DNA from: an uncultured Candidatus Rokubacteria bacterium
Lineage (GTDB): Bacteria; Methylomirabilota; Methylomirabilia; Rokubacteriales; CSP1-6
Length of the DNA stretch: 64,000 nucleotides
Direction: 5' to 3'
Assembly (NCBI GenBank): GCA_963747235.1
Contig: CAVVEU010000024.1
Coordinates: 384,001 to 448,000, forward strand
Each line of letters opens with the position of its first letter. Within the stretch, counting starts at the first letter, position 1. The notes beneath the pieces were generated by a model that worked only from the letters and a program-made list of their open reading frames with translations, made no database searches and had not been told where the DNA came from. Below are positions 39,845 to 48,386 of the stretch, piece after piece. The translations under genes and the position numbers were made by a program.

Positions 39845-40183
39845 ATGCCCACCATGAGATTGCTCGTCCTGACGCTCGGACTCGGCGCGAGCCTCTTGCT
39901 CTTCTGCGGGCAGGCGGACGCGCAGTACCAGTACACCGACGCCAAGGGCGTCACGAAGACCACGCAGTACAAGGTGGACGTTCCCAGGGCGCACCGTGAC
40001 GCGGCCGTCTGGATCGGGCCGACCGGCATCGGCAAACCCGGCTTGAGCGAAGAAGCGCGGCAGACGAAGCAGCGCGACGATGAGTATCGCCGCATCGGGG
40101 AAGCGACGAGCCGGCTCGTGCCCTACCAGGCGGGACCGAGATCAGGTCGATTCGACCGCGTGCCGGTCACGGCGCCGAGGTAG
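39845..40183 (+). CDS. Secreted hypothetical protein (DUF4124-like start)
   Basis: Signal peptide ADA|QYQYTDAKGVT. Confidence 0.6.
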   Translation: MPTMRLLVLTLGLGASLLLFCGQADAQYQYTDAKGVTKTTQYKVDVPRAHRDAAVWIGPTGIGKPGLSEEARQTKQRDDEYRRIGEATSRLVPYQAGPRSGRFDRVPVTAPR

Positions 40184-40226
40184 TCCGCAGGTCCAGGCGC
40201 GATGAGGCCCGTGGTACCGTGCCCTC

Positions 40227-40937
40227 GTGGAGCCCGATGAAGACAAGCTGACCGAGCCGCGTCCCGAGCGGATCGCGAGCCGCGACATCATGCTGCTCGT
40301 GCTCACATGTGCGGCAGGCCTCGTGGACGCGATCAGCTATCTGGAGATGGGCCACGTGTTCACCGCGATGATGACCGGGAACACGGTGCTCCTGGCCCTG
40401 GCGATCGGTCAGGGCGAGGTCATGGCCGCGCTCCGGTCCACCCTCGCGCTCGTCGCCTTCAGCGTGGGCGCCGCGGGTGGCGCGATGGTCCTCCGGCGTG
40501 GGCGTGCGCGAGGGGAATGGCCGGCCATCGTGACCGCCACGCTGGCGATCGAGGCCGTGGTCCTGGCCGTCTTCGCGGCGCTCTGGCAGGTGCCGGGGGC
40601 GGCGGCCCGCTCCGACGTCCTGCTGCTCGTGCTCATCGCGCTGTCGGGGCTCGCCATGGGGATCCAGGCGGCGGCCGTCCGCCATCTGGGCGTCCCCGGC
40701 GTGGCGTCCACCTACATCACGGGCACGCTCACCAGCCTGATGGCGGAGCTCGTGACCGGCTCGGCCACGCGCCATCTGCGACTCCTGGCTTCGGTCTTCC
40801 TCGTCTATGGCGCGGGCGCCCTGATCGGCACCGTGCTCCAGGCGCGATCCTCGTCCCTGCTCGCCTGGCTACCCTTCGTCTGCGTGGCGGCGGTGGTCGT
40901 GAACGGGCTCGTGCGCCATCGGGAGCCCCGCTTCTAG
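40227..40937 (+). CDS. YoaK/DUF1275 family membrane protein
   Basis: AGLVDAISYL..FTAMMTGNTV, AMGIQAA, STYITGTL. Confidence 0.88.
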   Translation: MEPDEDKLTEPRPERIASRDIMLLVLTCAAGLVDAISYLEMGHVFTAMMTGNTVLLALAIGQGEVMAALRSTLALVAFSVGAAGGAMVLRRGRARGEWPAIVTATLAIEAVVLAVFAALWQVPGAAARSDVLLLVLIALSGLAMGIQAAAVRHLGVPGVASTYITGTLTSLMAELVTGSATRHLRLLASVFLVYGAGALIGTVLQARSSSLLAWLPFVCVAAVVVNGLVRHREPRF

Positions 40938-40944
40938 CCCCAGG

Positions 40945-41455
40945 CTAGCGGGCGGGCGTGACGTCGGAGACGGTGTAGCCGCGGCGGTTCAGGCACGCCG
41001 CGAACGTCTGGAGCGCCCACTGGTCCGGCGTTTGCGCCTTCGTCCAGAAGCCGCGCGGGAACATCTGGCCGAAGAAGCTCGAGAAGATGCCCGAGGGGCC
41101 CTTCTTCTCCTTGTTCTCGGGCATCGGGGTGTTGAAGGCCTCGACGCGGCAACCCTGGAAGTCCGCCACGATCACGCCGGCGTCCCGGTTGGCGGTGGCG
41201 TAGAGCGCGCCGATGCCCGCCGGGACCCTGCGCGAGAGGGAGCGGCGCGCGGTAGCCGCGATTGACGAGGCACGCGGCCTCGGCGAGCTCGGGGGTCGTC
41301 TCGGTGTGCGCCTGCACGAAGGGGATGCACTGGGCGCGGTCCTGGGCGATCTGCGCCTCCGACTGCCCGCCGCGCACCACGAGGGCGGGGTTGCCGCCAC
41401 AGCCGGCCGCGACGATCGTGGCCAGGATGGCGGGGCCGAGCGCGCGTCGGGTCAC
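40945..41455 (-). CDS. Cys-containing lipoprotein of unknown function (frameshift ~41225)
   Basis: Lipobox AAGC; internal repeat DxxxC...ACLxxRGY occurs twice. Confidence 0.65.
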
Positions 41456-42466
41456 GAGGGCGCCCGGACCGCGGCCCCGGACGATCGGGCGGGGCGACGG
41501 CGGAACAGGGCGTCACGGATGGAGCCGTAGATCCCGGCGGGCAGGAAGATGATGAAGATGATCAGCAGGAGGCCGTAGATCGTCTCCGCGATGCCGATCA
41601 GCTTGATGCCGAAGTAGATGCGCAGGTACTCGCTGAGCGCGATGGTGAGCGCGGTGCCCACGAAGGGCCCGAGCAGCGAGTACATCCCGCCCAGCACCAC
41701 CGCGAAGACGATGCGCAGCGACACCCCGATGCCGGAGAGCGTGTCCGGGTTCGTGTAGGCGAGATAGAGCGCGAGCAGGGCGCCGCCCAGCGCGGTCAGC
41801 GCGGCCGACAGCGCGGTGATGCCCATCTTGAAGCGCGTGACGCGGATGCCCACCGAGGCCGCCGCGGTCTCGTCCTCGCCGATGGCCTCCATGGCCGAGC
41901 GGGCCATGCTGCGGTCCACGCGCCACCACACCCAGAGGCCGAAGAGCCAGGCGGCCATGCCGACATAATAGAAGACGCGCTTGTCCGCGAACTGGAGCGT
42001 CCACAGGCCCGAGGCGGTGCCGCCGGTCTTGAGGCTCACCCCGAGGGAGCCGCCCGTCCAGTCGCGCTCGGCCACGATCCACAGGCGGACCACCTCGCCC
42101 ACCGCGAGGGTGACGAGGGCGAAGTAGTGGCCAACCACCTGGAAGCGCGAGCAGGGATAGGAGATCACGAGGGCCAGGGCGACGGTGAGCAGGACGGCGA
42201 GGACGACGCCGACCCACGGGGTCATCCCGTAGAAGTTCCAGAGCAGCACGGTCGCGTAGGCGCCGACGCCGAGGAACGCGCCGTGGCCGAGCGAGACGAG
42301 GCCGAAGCGGCCCATCAGCGACCACGCGTTGCCCACGAACGACCACATGAAGATCTGGATGATGACGTGCCAGATGTACTCCTGGGCGGCGCCCCAGGGG
42401 CAGGAACGGGATCAGCGCCATCGCCACCAGCGCGAGCAGCCCCAGGACGCGGAACGCGATCGTCAT
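41452..42466 (-). CDS. Branched-chain-type ABC permease (LivM-like; frameshift ~42390)
   Basis: GLVSLGHGAFLGVGAY, TGGSLG, AIGEDETAA. Confidence 0.9.
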
Positions 42467-43329
42467 CCGCGCTTGGCGAAGATGCCGCCCGGTCGGACGA
42501 ACATCAGCACGATGAAGATCACGAAGGCGATCACGTAGCCCATCTCGGTCGAGACCATCACCCCGCCCACCGAGATGACCTGGGCCATGATGAACGCGGC
42601 GAAGAAGGCGCCCACCATGTTGCCGAGGCCGCCCAGCACGCAGATCATGAAGGTCAGCGGCCCGAAGGCGCCGCCGAAGTAGGGATGCACCGCGTACTGG
42701 ATGATGAGCAGCGCCCCCGCCACCCCCGCCATCGCGCCGCCCACCGCGGAGGTGACGAGGTAGAGCCGCTGCGGCCGCGCCCCCATGAGCGCGATGGCCT
42801 CGCGGTCCTGGCTCACCGCCCGGATGGCGGTGCCGACATAGGTGCGCTTGAGGAAGAGGTAGAGCGCGATCATGGCCAGGATGGACAGGCCGAACGCGAG
42901 CAGCCGCGAGAAGGAGATGAAGATGCCGCCCACCTCGATGGTGGGCAGGCTCACGCGCACCGAGCGGTGATCGGTGGACCAGAGCAGGGTGGCGACCGAC
43001 TGGATGAAGAACAGCAGCCCGCCGGTGGCGAGGAGCTGGTTGATGGGCGGGCTCGACAGGATGGGCGTGATGATGAGCAGGTGCACGAGCACGCCCAGCA
43101 CCGCGCCGATCCCGATCGCGCCCAGCCCGGCCAGCCAGAGCGGCCAGCCGTAGAGCGTGACCAGGAAGTAGACCCCGTACATGCAGAGCGCGACGAGATC
43201 CACGTACGCGATCCACACGATGTCGATGACGCCGAAGATCAGGTTGAGCCCCAGGGCCAGGAGCGCCAGCACCCCGCCGAGCAGGATGCCGTTCACCACC
43301 GCCTCGAGGATGAAGATGGGCTCGATCAT
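42463..43329 (-). CDS. Branched-chain-type ABC permease (LivH-like)
   Basis: GLNLIFGVIDIV, VLGGLGN, RPGGIF. Confidence 0.9.
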   Translation of the reverse strand: MIEPIFILEAVVNGILLGGVLALLALGLNLIFGVIDIVWIAYVDLVALCMYGVYFLVTLYGWPLWLAGLGAIGIGAVLGVLVHLLIITPILSSPPINQLLATGGLLFFIQSVATLLWSTDHRSVRVSLPTIEVGGIFISFSRLLAFGLSILAMIALYLFLKRTYVGTAIRAVSQDREAIALMGARPQRLYLVTSAVGGAMAGVAGALLIIQYAVHPYFGGAFGPLTFMICVLGGLGNMVGAFFAAFIMAQVISVGGVMVSTEMGYVIAFVIFIVLMFVRPGGIFAKRG

Positions 43330-43331
43330 GC

Positions 43332-44036
43332 TCAGAAGCCCACGTAGGCCTGGCGCACGAAGTCCTGCTCGGCCAGGTCGGCGGCGCGGCCCTCCATCTT
43401 GATGCGCCCGACCTCCAGGAGATAGGCGCGGTCCACGAGCTTGAGCACCTGCCGCACGTTCTGCTCGACGATCAAAATGGTGTAGCCGTCTGCCCGCACG
43501 CGTCGAATCATATCGAACAGGCGCAGCACCATGACCGGGGCCAGGCCCATGGACGGCTCGTCGAACAGGATCAGCTTGGGCCGCGACATGAGCGCCCGGC
43601 CCACCGCGACCATCTGCTGCTCGCCGCCCGACAGGCTGCCCGCCCGCTGGGCGGACCGCTCGGCCAGCACCGGGAAGAGCGTGTAGACGCGCTCGAGGCT
43701 CTCGTGGAAGTGGGCGCGCGCGGCGGGCAGGAAGGCGCCCATCTTGAGGTTCTCCGCCACGGTGAGCTGCGGGAAGAGCCGGCGCCCCTCCGGCACGTGC
43801 GCGATGCCGTGCGCCACGATCTCGTAGGCGGGCTTCCCGGCCAGCTCGGCGCCCTCGAAGGTCACGCGCCCGGTGCGCGGCGCGATGAGGCCGGAGATGG
43901 CGCGCAGCAGGGTGGTCTTGCCCGCGCCGTTGGGACCCACCACCGCCACCGCCTCGCCCTGGTTGACGCGCAGGCTCACGTCCCAGAGCGCGGTGAAGGC
44001 GCCGTAGCCCGCGGTGACCTGGGTGAGCTCGAGCAT
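43332..44036 (-). CDS. Branched-chain-type ABC ATPase (LivF-like)
   Basis: GPNGAGKT, LSGGEQQM, DEPSMGLAP. Confidence 0.92.
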   Translation of the reverse strand: MLELTQVTAGYGAFTALWDVSLRVNQGEAVAVVGPNGAGKTTLLRAISGLIAPRTGRVTFEGAELAGKPAYEIVAHGIAHVPEGRRLFPQLTVAENLKMGAFLPAARAHFHESLERVYTLFPVLAERSAQRAGSLSGGEQQMVAVGRALMSRPKLILFDEPSMGLAPVMVLRLFDMIRRVRADGYTILIVEQNVRQVLKLVDRAYLLEVGRIKMEGRAADLAEQDFVRQAYVGF

Positions 44037-44767
44037 CAGGAGAGCACCACCTTCTCGCCCAGGTACGCCTCGATCACCTGGGGATTCTCCGCGACCTCGC
44101 GCGGCGCGCCCTCCGCGATCTTCTCGCCGTGGTCGAGGACGACCAGGCGATCCACCACCCGGAGCAGGGTGCCCATGATGTGCTCGACCCACACGATGGT
44201 GATGCCGAGCTCACCGCGGATGCGCCGGAGCATCTCGGCCGCGTCGTGCATCTCGGTGGGATCGAGCCCGCCCAGGCTCTCGTCGGCCAGCAGCAGGGTG
44301 GGCCGGGTGGCGAGCGCGCGCGCCAGCTCGAGCTTCTTGAGCCCGCCCGCGCCGAGCGTCGAGGTGGTGGCGTCGGGATCGGTGGGCAGACCGACCAGGG
44401 TCAGCATGTCCTGGGCCTGGCGGCGCGCCTCGGCTTCCGTGTTGCGCTCGGCCGCGCCGAAGTGGGCGGCCACCGCCACGTTCTCGAGGATGGTGAGCTT
44501 GCGGAAGGGGCGGGGGATCTGGAACGTGCGCGCGAGCCCGCGATGGCAGACCGCGTCGGGGGTGAGCCCGGCGATGTCGTGGTCCTTGAAGCGGATGGAG
44601 CCCGACGTCGGCGGCAGCGCGCCGGAGATGCAGTTGAAGCAGGTGGTCTTGCCGGAGCCGTTGGGCCCGATGAGGCCGAGGATCTCGCCCTGCTTCACTT
44701 CGAAGGAGACCGCGTTCAGCGCGGTGAAGCCGCCGAACTGCTTGGTGAGCCGGCTGATCGTGAGCAC
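44036..44767 (-). CDS. Branched-chain-type ABC ATPase (LivG-like)
   Basis: GPNGSGKT, RTFQIPRPF, LADESLGGL, EAYLG. Confidence 0.9.
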   Translation of the reverse strand: MLTISRLTKQFGGFTALNAVSFEVKQGEILGLIGPNGSGKTTCFNCISGALPPTSGSIRFKDHDIAGLTPDAVCHRGLARTFQIPRPFRKLTILENVAVAAHFGAAERNTEAEARRQAQDMLTLVGLPTDPDATTSTLGAGGLKKLELARALATRPTLLLADESLGGLDPTEMHDAAEMLRRIRGELGITIVWVEHIMGTLLRVVDRLVVLDHGEKIAEGAPREVAENPQVIEAYLGEKVVLS

Positions 44768-44778
44768 GAGGGGAGTCG

Positions 44779-44808
44779 GCGCGGCGGGGGCGACGGCCCC
44801 CGCCGCGC
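44779..44808. terminator. Hairpin after the SBP gene (attenuating or stabilising)
   Basis: GCGCGGCGGGGG-cgacgg-CCCCCGCCGCGC. Confidence 0.6.
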
Positions 44809-44819
44809 TGGCGATCAGG

Positions 44820-46154
44820 CTAGCGGGCCGCCCAGGGGGATGAGGCGGGCAGCAGGACGGGCGCGTTGGGGGTGGCGATGACCTTGGGCCACACGTGACG
44901 GAACTGGCCATCGACCACCTGGTAGACCGCGGCGATCGCGCGCTCGTTCTGGCCGCGCATCGGGGCACCTTCGCCGAGGAACTTCACGCCGTAGCCCTGC
45001 ATGGTGCCGCCCTCGGGGATGTCGGTCTCGCGGGCCGCCTTCGCGAGCGCCTCCGCGTTCCAGCCCCCGTGCTTCTGGATGGCCCGCGGCAGCACGTCGT
45101 TGAGCAGGATCCACATGTTGTTGAAGCCCATCGAGACGTGCGGCGCGATGTTGTTGACCGGGACGTTGGGCTCGAAGGCCTTGTAGCGCTTCACCATCTC
45201 CTGGGTCAGGTCGGCCACGCCGGGCTTCAGGTTCTTGGCGTCGATGAGCTGGGAGGCGGGCGGATCCGCGGTGTGGAAGCCCTCCACCTCGTTGCCGAAG
45301 GCTTCCTTCAGCTTGTCGAGCTGGCTGTGGCCGGCCCCGTGCCCCATGTAGGCCTTCACGCGCAGGCCCTGCTCCTTGGCCTGACGGAGGAACAGGTTGA
45401 TGTCGGGGTTGTAGCCGGTGTGGAACAGCACGTCCGGCCGCGCCGCGCGCAGCTTGGTCACGAGCGAGGAGAGATCGGCGGCCTGCGCCGAGTACCCTTC
45501 CTTCAGCACGACCTGCATGCCCAGCTTCTTGCCCTCGGACTCGTTCGCGGCGGCGACGCCCGCGCCGTAGGGCCCGTCCTCGTAGATGATCGCGATGCGC
45601 ACGTCCTTGGCCGGCTTCTTGAGCTTGTCCGCCGAGTAGGCCGCGATGTAGTCCACGCTCCCGGTGCCGAAGAGGCTGCCGTTGGGCTGGGGGCGGAAGG
45701 TGTACTGGAGGTTGCGATCCTTCAGCACCGCGTCCGCGATGGCGGTGGTGATCCACAGGAACCTCTTCTGCTTGTCCACCCGCTCGGCGATCGGGACCGC
45801 GTGGGCGCTCGAGTAGACCCCGGCCAGGATGTCCACCTTCTCGACGTTGAGCAGGCGCTCGGCCTCGTTGATCGCCACGTCGGCCTTGGACTGGCTGTCG
45901 CCGTCCACCTGGACGATCTTGTACTTGCCGAGCACGCCGCCCTTCTCGTTGATGTAGTCGATCATCATCTTGGCGCCGCGCCAGCAGTTGAGCGAGCCGG
46001 CGGCGGAGAAGGGCCCGGAGTGATCGTAGAGCGTGCCGATCTTGATGGTCTGGCCCTGGGCCGCCACCGGCGCCGCGGAAACCGCGAGCAGCGCGAGCGC
46101 GGCCATCGCGGCCAGGCCCGATCGAATGCCGAACAGGATGCGGCGAGACTTCAT
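44820..46154 (-). CDS. ABC substrate-binding protein, LivJ-like (PBP type 1)
   Basis: Signal peptide; YDHSGPFS, GVYSSA, YEDGPYG. Confidence 0.9.
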   Translation of the reverse strand: MKSRRILFGIRSGLAAMAALALLAVSAAPVAAQGQTIKIGTLYDHSGPFSAAGSLNCWRGAKMMIDYINEKGGVLGKYKIVQVDGDSQSKADVAINEAERLLNVEKVDILAGVYSSAHAVPIAERVDKQKRFLWITTAIADAVLKDRNLQYTFRPQPNGSLFGTGSVDYIAAYSADKLKKPAKDVRIAIIYEDGPYGAGVAAANESEGKKLGMQVVLKEGYSAQAADLSSLVTKLRAARPDVLFHTGYNPDINLFLRQAKEQGLRVKAYMGHGAGHSQLDKLKEAFGNEVEGFHTADPPASQLIDAKNLKPGVADLTQEMVKRYKAFEPNVPVNNIAPHVSMGFNNMWILLNDVLPRAIQKHGGWNAEALAKAARETDIPEGGTMQGYGVKFLGEGAPMRGQNERAIAAVYQVVDGQFRHVWPKVIATPNAPVLLPASSPWAAR

Positions 46155-46247
46155 GGATGCCTCCTCATTAAGGCTTGAGTTCTTGGACGGCGAGAGAAAA
46201 GTGCGCCAACCCTAGCACGCCCACGCACGGCCGGTCAACGAACGCGA

Positions 46248-46920
46248 TCAGGACCGGCGCGCCGCGACGAGCCATTCGAGATCCCGGCGCCGCTCGGCGG
46301 AGCGGCCCGGCGGCCCGGCCTGCAGGACGGTGAAGCGGCCCGCGAGGGCCCGGTCGATGTCGCCGCGCGAGACGGGAAAGGGCGGGCCGTCTCCGCCCTC
46401 GCGAAGCGGGAAGAAGCAGGCGAGCAGGAGCCCACCCGGTCGCAGGATCGTGTGGAGCACCGACACGTACTCGTCTCGCCGCGCGGGATCGATGGCGCAA
46501 AAGCACGTGTACTCCCAGATCCCGTCGAAGACCCCCGCGTAATCCCGACCGAGCGTGAACACATCACGCTGCTCCACCACCAGCTCGACTCCATCCGACA
46601 GCCGCCAACCGCCGCGCCTCGGTCACCGCCACATCAGAAAAATCAAACGCGGTGACCCGATACCCAAGGCGAGCCAGCAAGCGTGCATCGTGAGCACGCC
46701 CAGCACCAGGAACCGCAACGCGAGCCCGCAGAACGAGTGTCCGCCGACTGGGGGAGTGCGGGGGCCATTTCTGGGCCCCCGCATTCAATAGAGCTCTGAA
46801 GAACTAAACCGGCCAGAAGCCGAAGCCAGCCAGTCTTCCGAGCGCCGGCGCGGCCCCGCCCAGCTCCCAGCCGTCCTGGGCGGCCGCGTAGAGGCCGTCC
46901 CAGAATCCGGCCGTGCTCAC
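46248..46920 (-). CDS. TPMT/halide-thiol-type SAM methyltransferase, interrupted by a family-B repeat (indels)
   Basis: FWDGLY..GWELGGAAPAL, VAVPGAGRAHD, AFDFS, WEYTCFCAIDP, GPPFPVS; GTGA overlap with the HAD gene. Confidence 0.8.
46733..46806. repeat. 73-bp hairpin repeat, family B, copy inside the methyltransferase
   Basis: Near-identical to the 47578 unit; stem TGCGGGGGCC-atttctg-GGCCCCCGCA. Confidence 0.9.
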
Positions 46921-47570
46921 GGCTGGGCGATCTGGCTCCACTCGAGTCCCTGGAAATCGGGGATGGTGCGCTCGGCGCCGGCGGCGACCAGCTCCGCGTC
47001 GGTGTGCGCGGTGGTGACGCCGATCGCCCGCATGCCCGCGGTCCGCGCGGCCTGCACGCCGACGAGCGCGTCCTCGAACACCACGCAGGCCGTCGGCGCG
47101 ACGCGCAGCCGCCGAGCCGCCTGCGTCCACACCTCCGGATCGGGCTTGCCCAGCATGACGTCGTCGGAGGTCACCACGACGTCGAAGTAGCGCAGGAGGC
47201 CGAGGTCATCGAGCAGGCGCTCGGCGTCCCAGCGCGAGGCGGAGGTGCCGACGGCCCGCGGAACGCCGGCGCGGGCCAGCGACGCGAGGAACTCGGGCAC
47301 GCCCGGCACCGGCTCCATCCCGGTCTGCGCCCGCTCCTGGTAGAGGTCGCGCTTGCGCCGCGCGAGCCGGCGCGCTTCCGCGCCGCTCATGCGACGGCCC
47401 AGCAAGAGCGGGATGGCCTCCTCGCTGGGCCGGCCGATGGTGAGCCGCCAGTGCTCGGGATCGGCGGGCTCGGTACCCAGCTCCGCCAGCAGCGCGCGCC
47501 ACGCATGCCGATGGTGCGCCCCACTGTCGATCAGCACCCCATCCATATCGAAGATCGCGCTGGCAATCAC
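46917..47570 (-). CDS. HAD family phosphatase (beta-PGM-like)
   Basis: IFDMDGVLIDS, GTSA, GKPDPE, FEDALVG. Confidence 0.9.
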   Translation of the reverse strand: MIASAIFDMDGVLIDSGAHHRHAWRALLAELGTEPADPEHWRLTIGRPSEEAIPLLLGRRMSGAEARRLARRKRDLYQERAQTGMEPVPGVPEFLASLARAGVPRAVGTSASRWDAERLLDDLGLLRYFDVVVTSDDVMLGKPDPEVWTQAARRLRVAPTACVVFEDALVGVQAARTAGMRAIGVTTAHTDAELVAAGAERTIPDFQGLEWSQIAQP

Positions 47571-47577
47571 AGGTCGT

Positions 47578-47737
47578 AGACGAGTGTCCGCCGACTGGGG
47601 GAGTGCGGGGGCCATTTCTGGGCCCCCGCATATGGAGAGCTTGAAGAACTAGACGAATGTCCGCCGACTGGGGGAGTGCGGGGGCCATTTCTGGGCCCCC
47701 GCATATGGAGAGCTTGAAGAACTAGACGAATGTCCGC
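47578..47737. repeat. Tandem array of the family-B repeat: two full 73-bp units plus a 14-bp partial unit
   Basis: Units start at 47578, 47651 and 47724; the full units differ at one base (GAGTGT vs GAATGT). Confidence 0.92.
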
Positions 47738-47742
47738 AGTCC

Positions 47743-48372
47743 TCACTTCAATCTATACAGGGGGGCGAGCAGGTGAAAGGTCTCGCGCGCGGCCCGCGCG
47801 TACTCGCGGGGCTTCCACTTGGCGGCTTCCTCCGCGGAGACGCAGCGGCCGAGGACGAACTGGCCGTCGCGCGTGCGCAGGAGCTCCTCGCCGAGGCGCG
47901 CCACCGCGTCGGCGGGCAGGTCGGTGAGGATGGCGGACGGGGCCTCGTCGTGCTCGTCCTTGAACCAGCCGAGCCCCTTGGACCGGCGGAGCACCGGAAC
48001 GAGCTGGCGCGTGTGGCGCTTCCAGGCGGCGAGCCAGCGCTTCTTCTGCGCGTGCTCGGGGCCGGCCTCGAAGAGGAAGCGTACCCCGGTGCGCGAGACC
48101 GCGACCTTGAAGTGGCAGTGCTGCTTGTAGCCGCGCTTGTCGAGCGCGAAGGCGACCCAGGTGTCGTCGGGCGGGTTCACGGTCCGCCGCACGTGCTTGG
48201 CCACGTGCGCGAAGGCGGGGGCGCCGCCGATGCGCGCCACGTCGGCGAGCAGCTCCCGCCCCACCGCTTCCAGCTTGGGGCGGACGCGACCCTTGATCGC
48301 CTCCATGCGGGGCTTGAAGCCGGGGATATCGAACACCTTGAAGTCGGACGGCGTGAAGCCGCTGAACGACAT
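47743..48372 (-). CDS. DUF1054 (YktB/UPF0637-like) family protein
   Basis: GFTPSDFKVF..RMEAIK..VRPKL, HVAKHVRRTVNPPDDTWVAF..KRGYK..HF. Confidence 0.8.
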   Translation of the reverse strand: MSFSGFTPSDFKVFDIPGFKPRMEAIKGRVRPKLEAVGRELLADVARIGGAPAFAHVAKHVRRTVNPPDDTWVAFALDKRGYKQHCHFKVAVSRTGVRFLFEAGPEHAQKKRWLAAWKRHTRQLVPVLRRSKGLGWFKDEHDEAPSAILTDLPADAVARLGEELLRTRDGQFVLGRCVSAEEAAKWKPREYARAARETFHLLAPLYRLK

Positions 48373-48386
48373 GCGAGGGCCTCCTT

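Noticed and set aside
46804-46806. Pyrrolysine or stop-readthrough at the in-frame TAG before a hairpin
   Set aside because: The TAG is part of the repeat end, and the alternative frame (ALEDWL) fits the family better, which points to compensating indels.
46480-46860. DGR variable region
   Set aside because: The changes look like synonymous C-to-T rather than A-to-N, and there is no template repeat or reverse transcriptase in the window.
47578-47737. CRISPR array
   Set aside because: The units are near-identical over the whole 73 bp with no unique spacers, and no cas operon is present.
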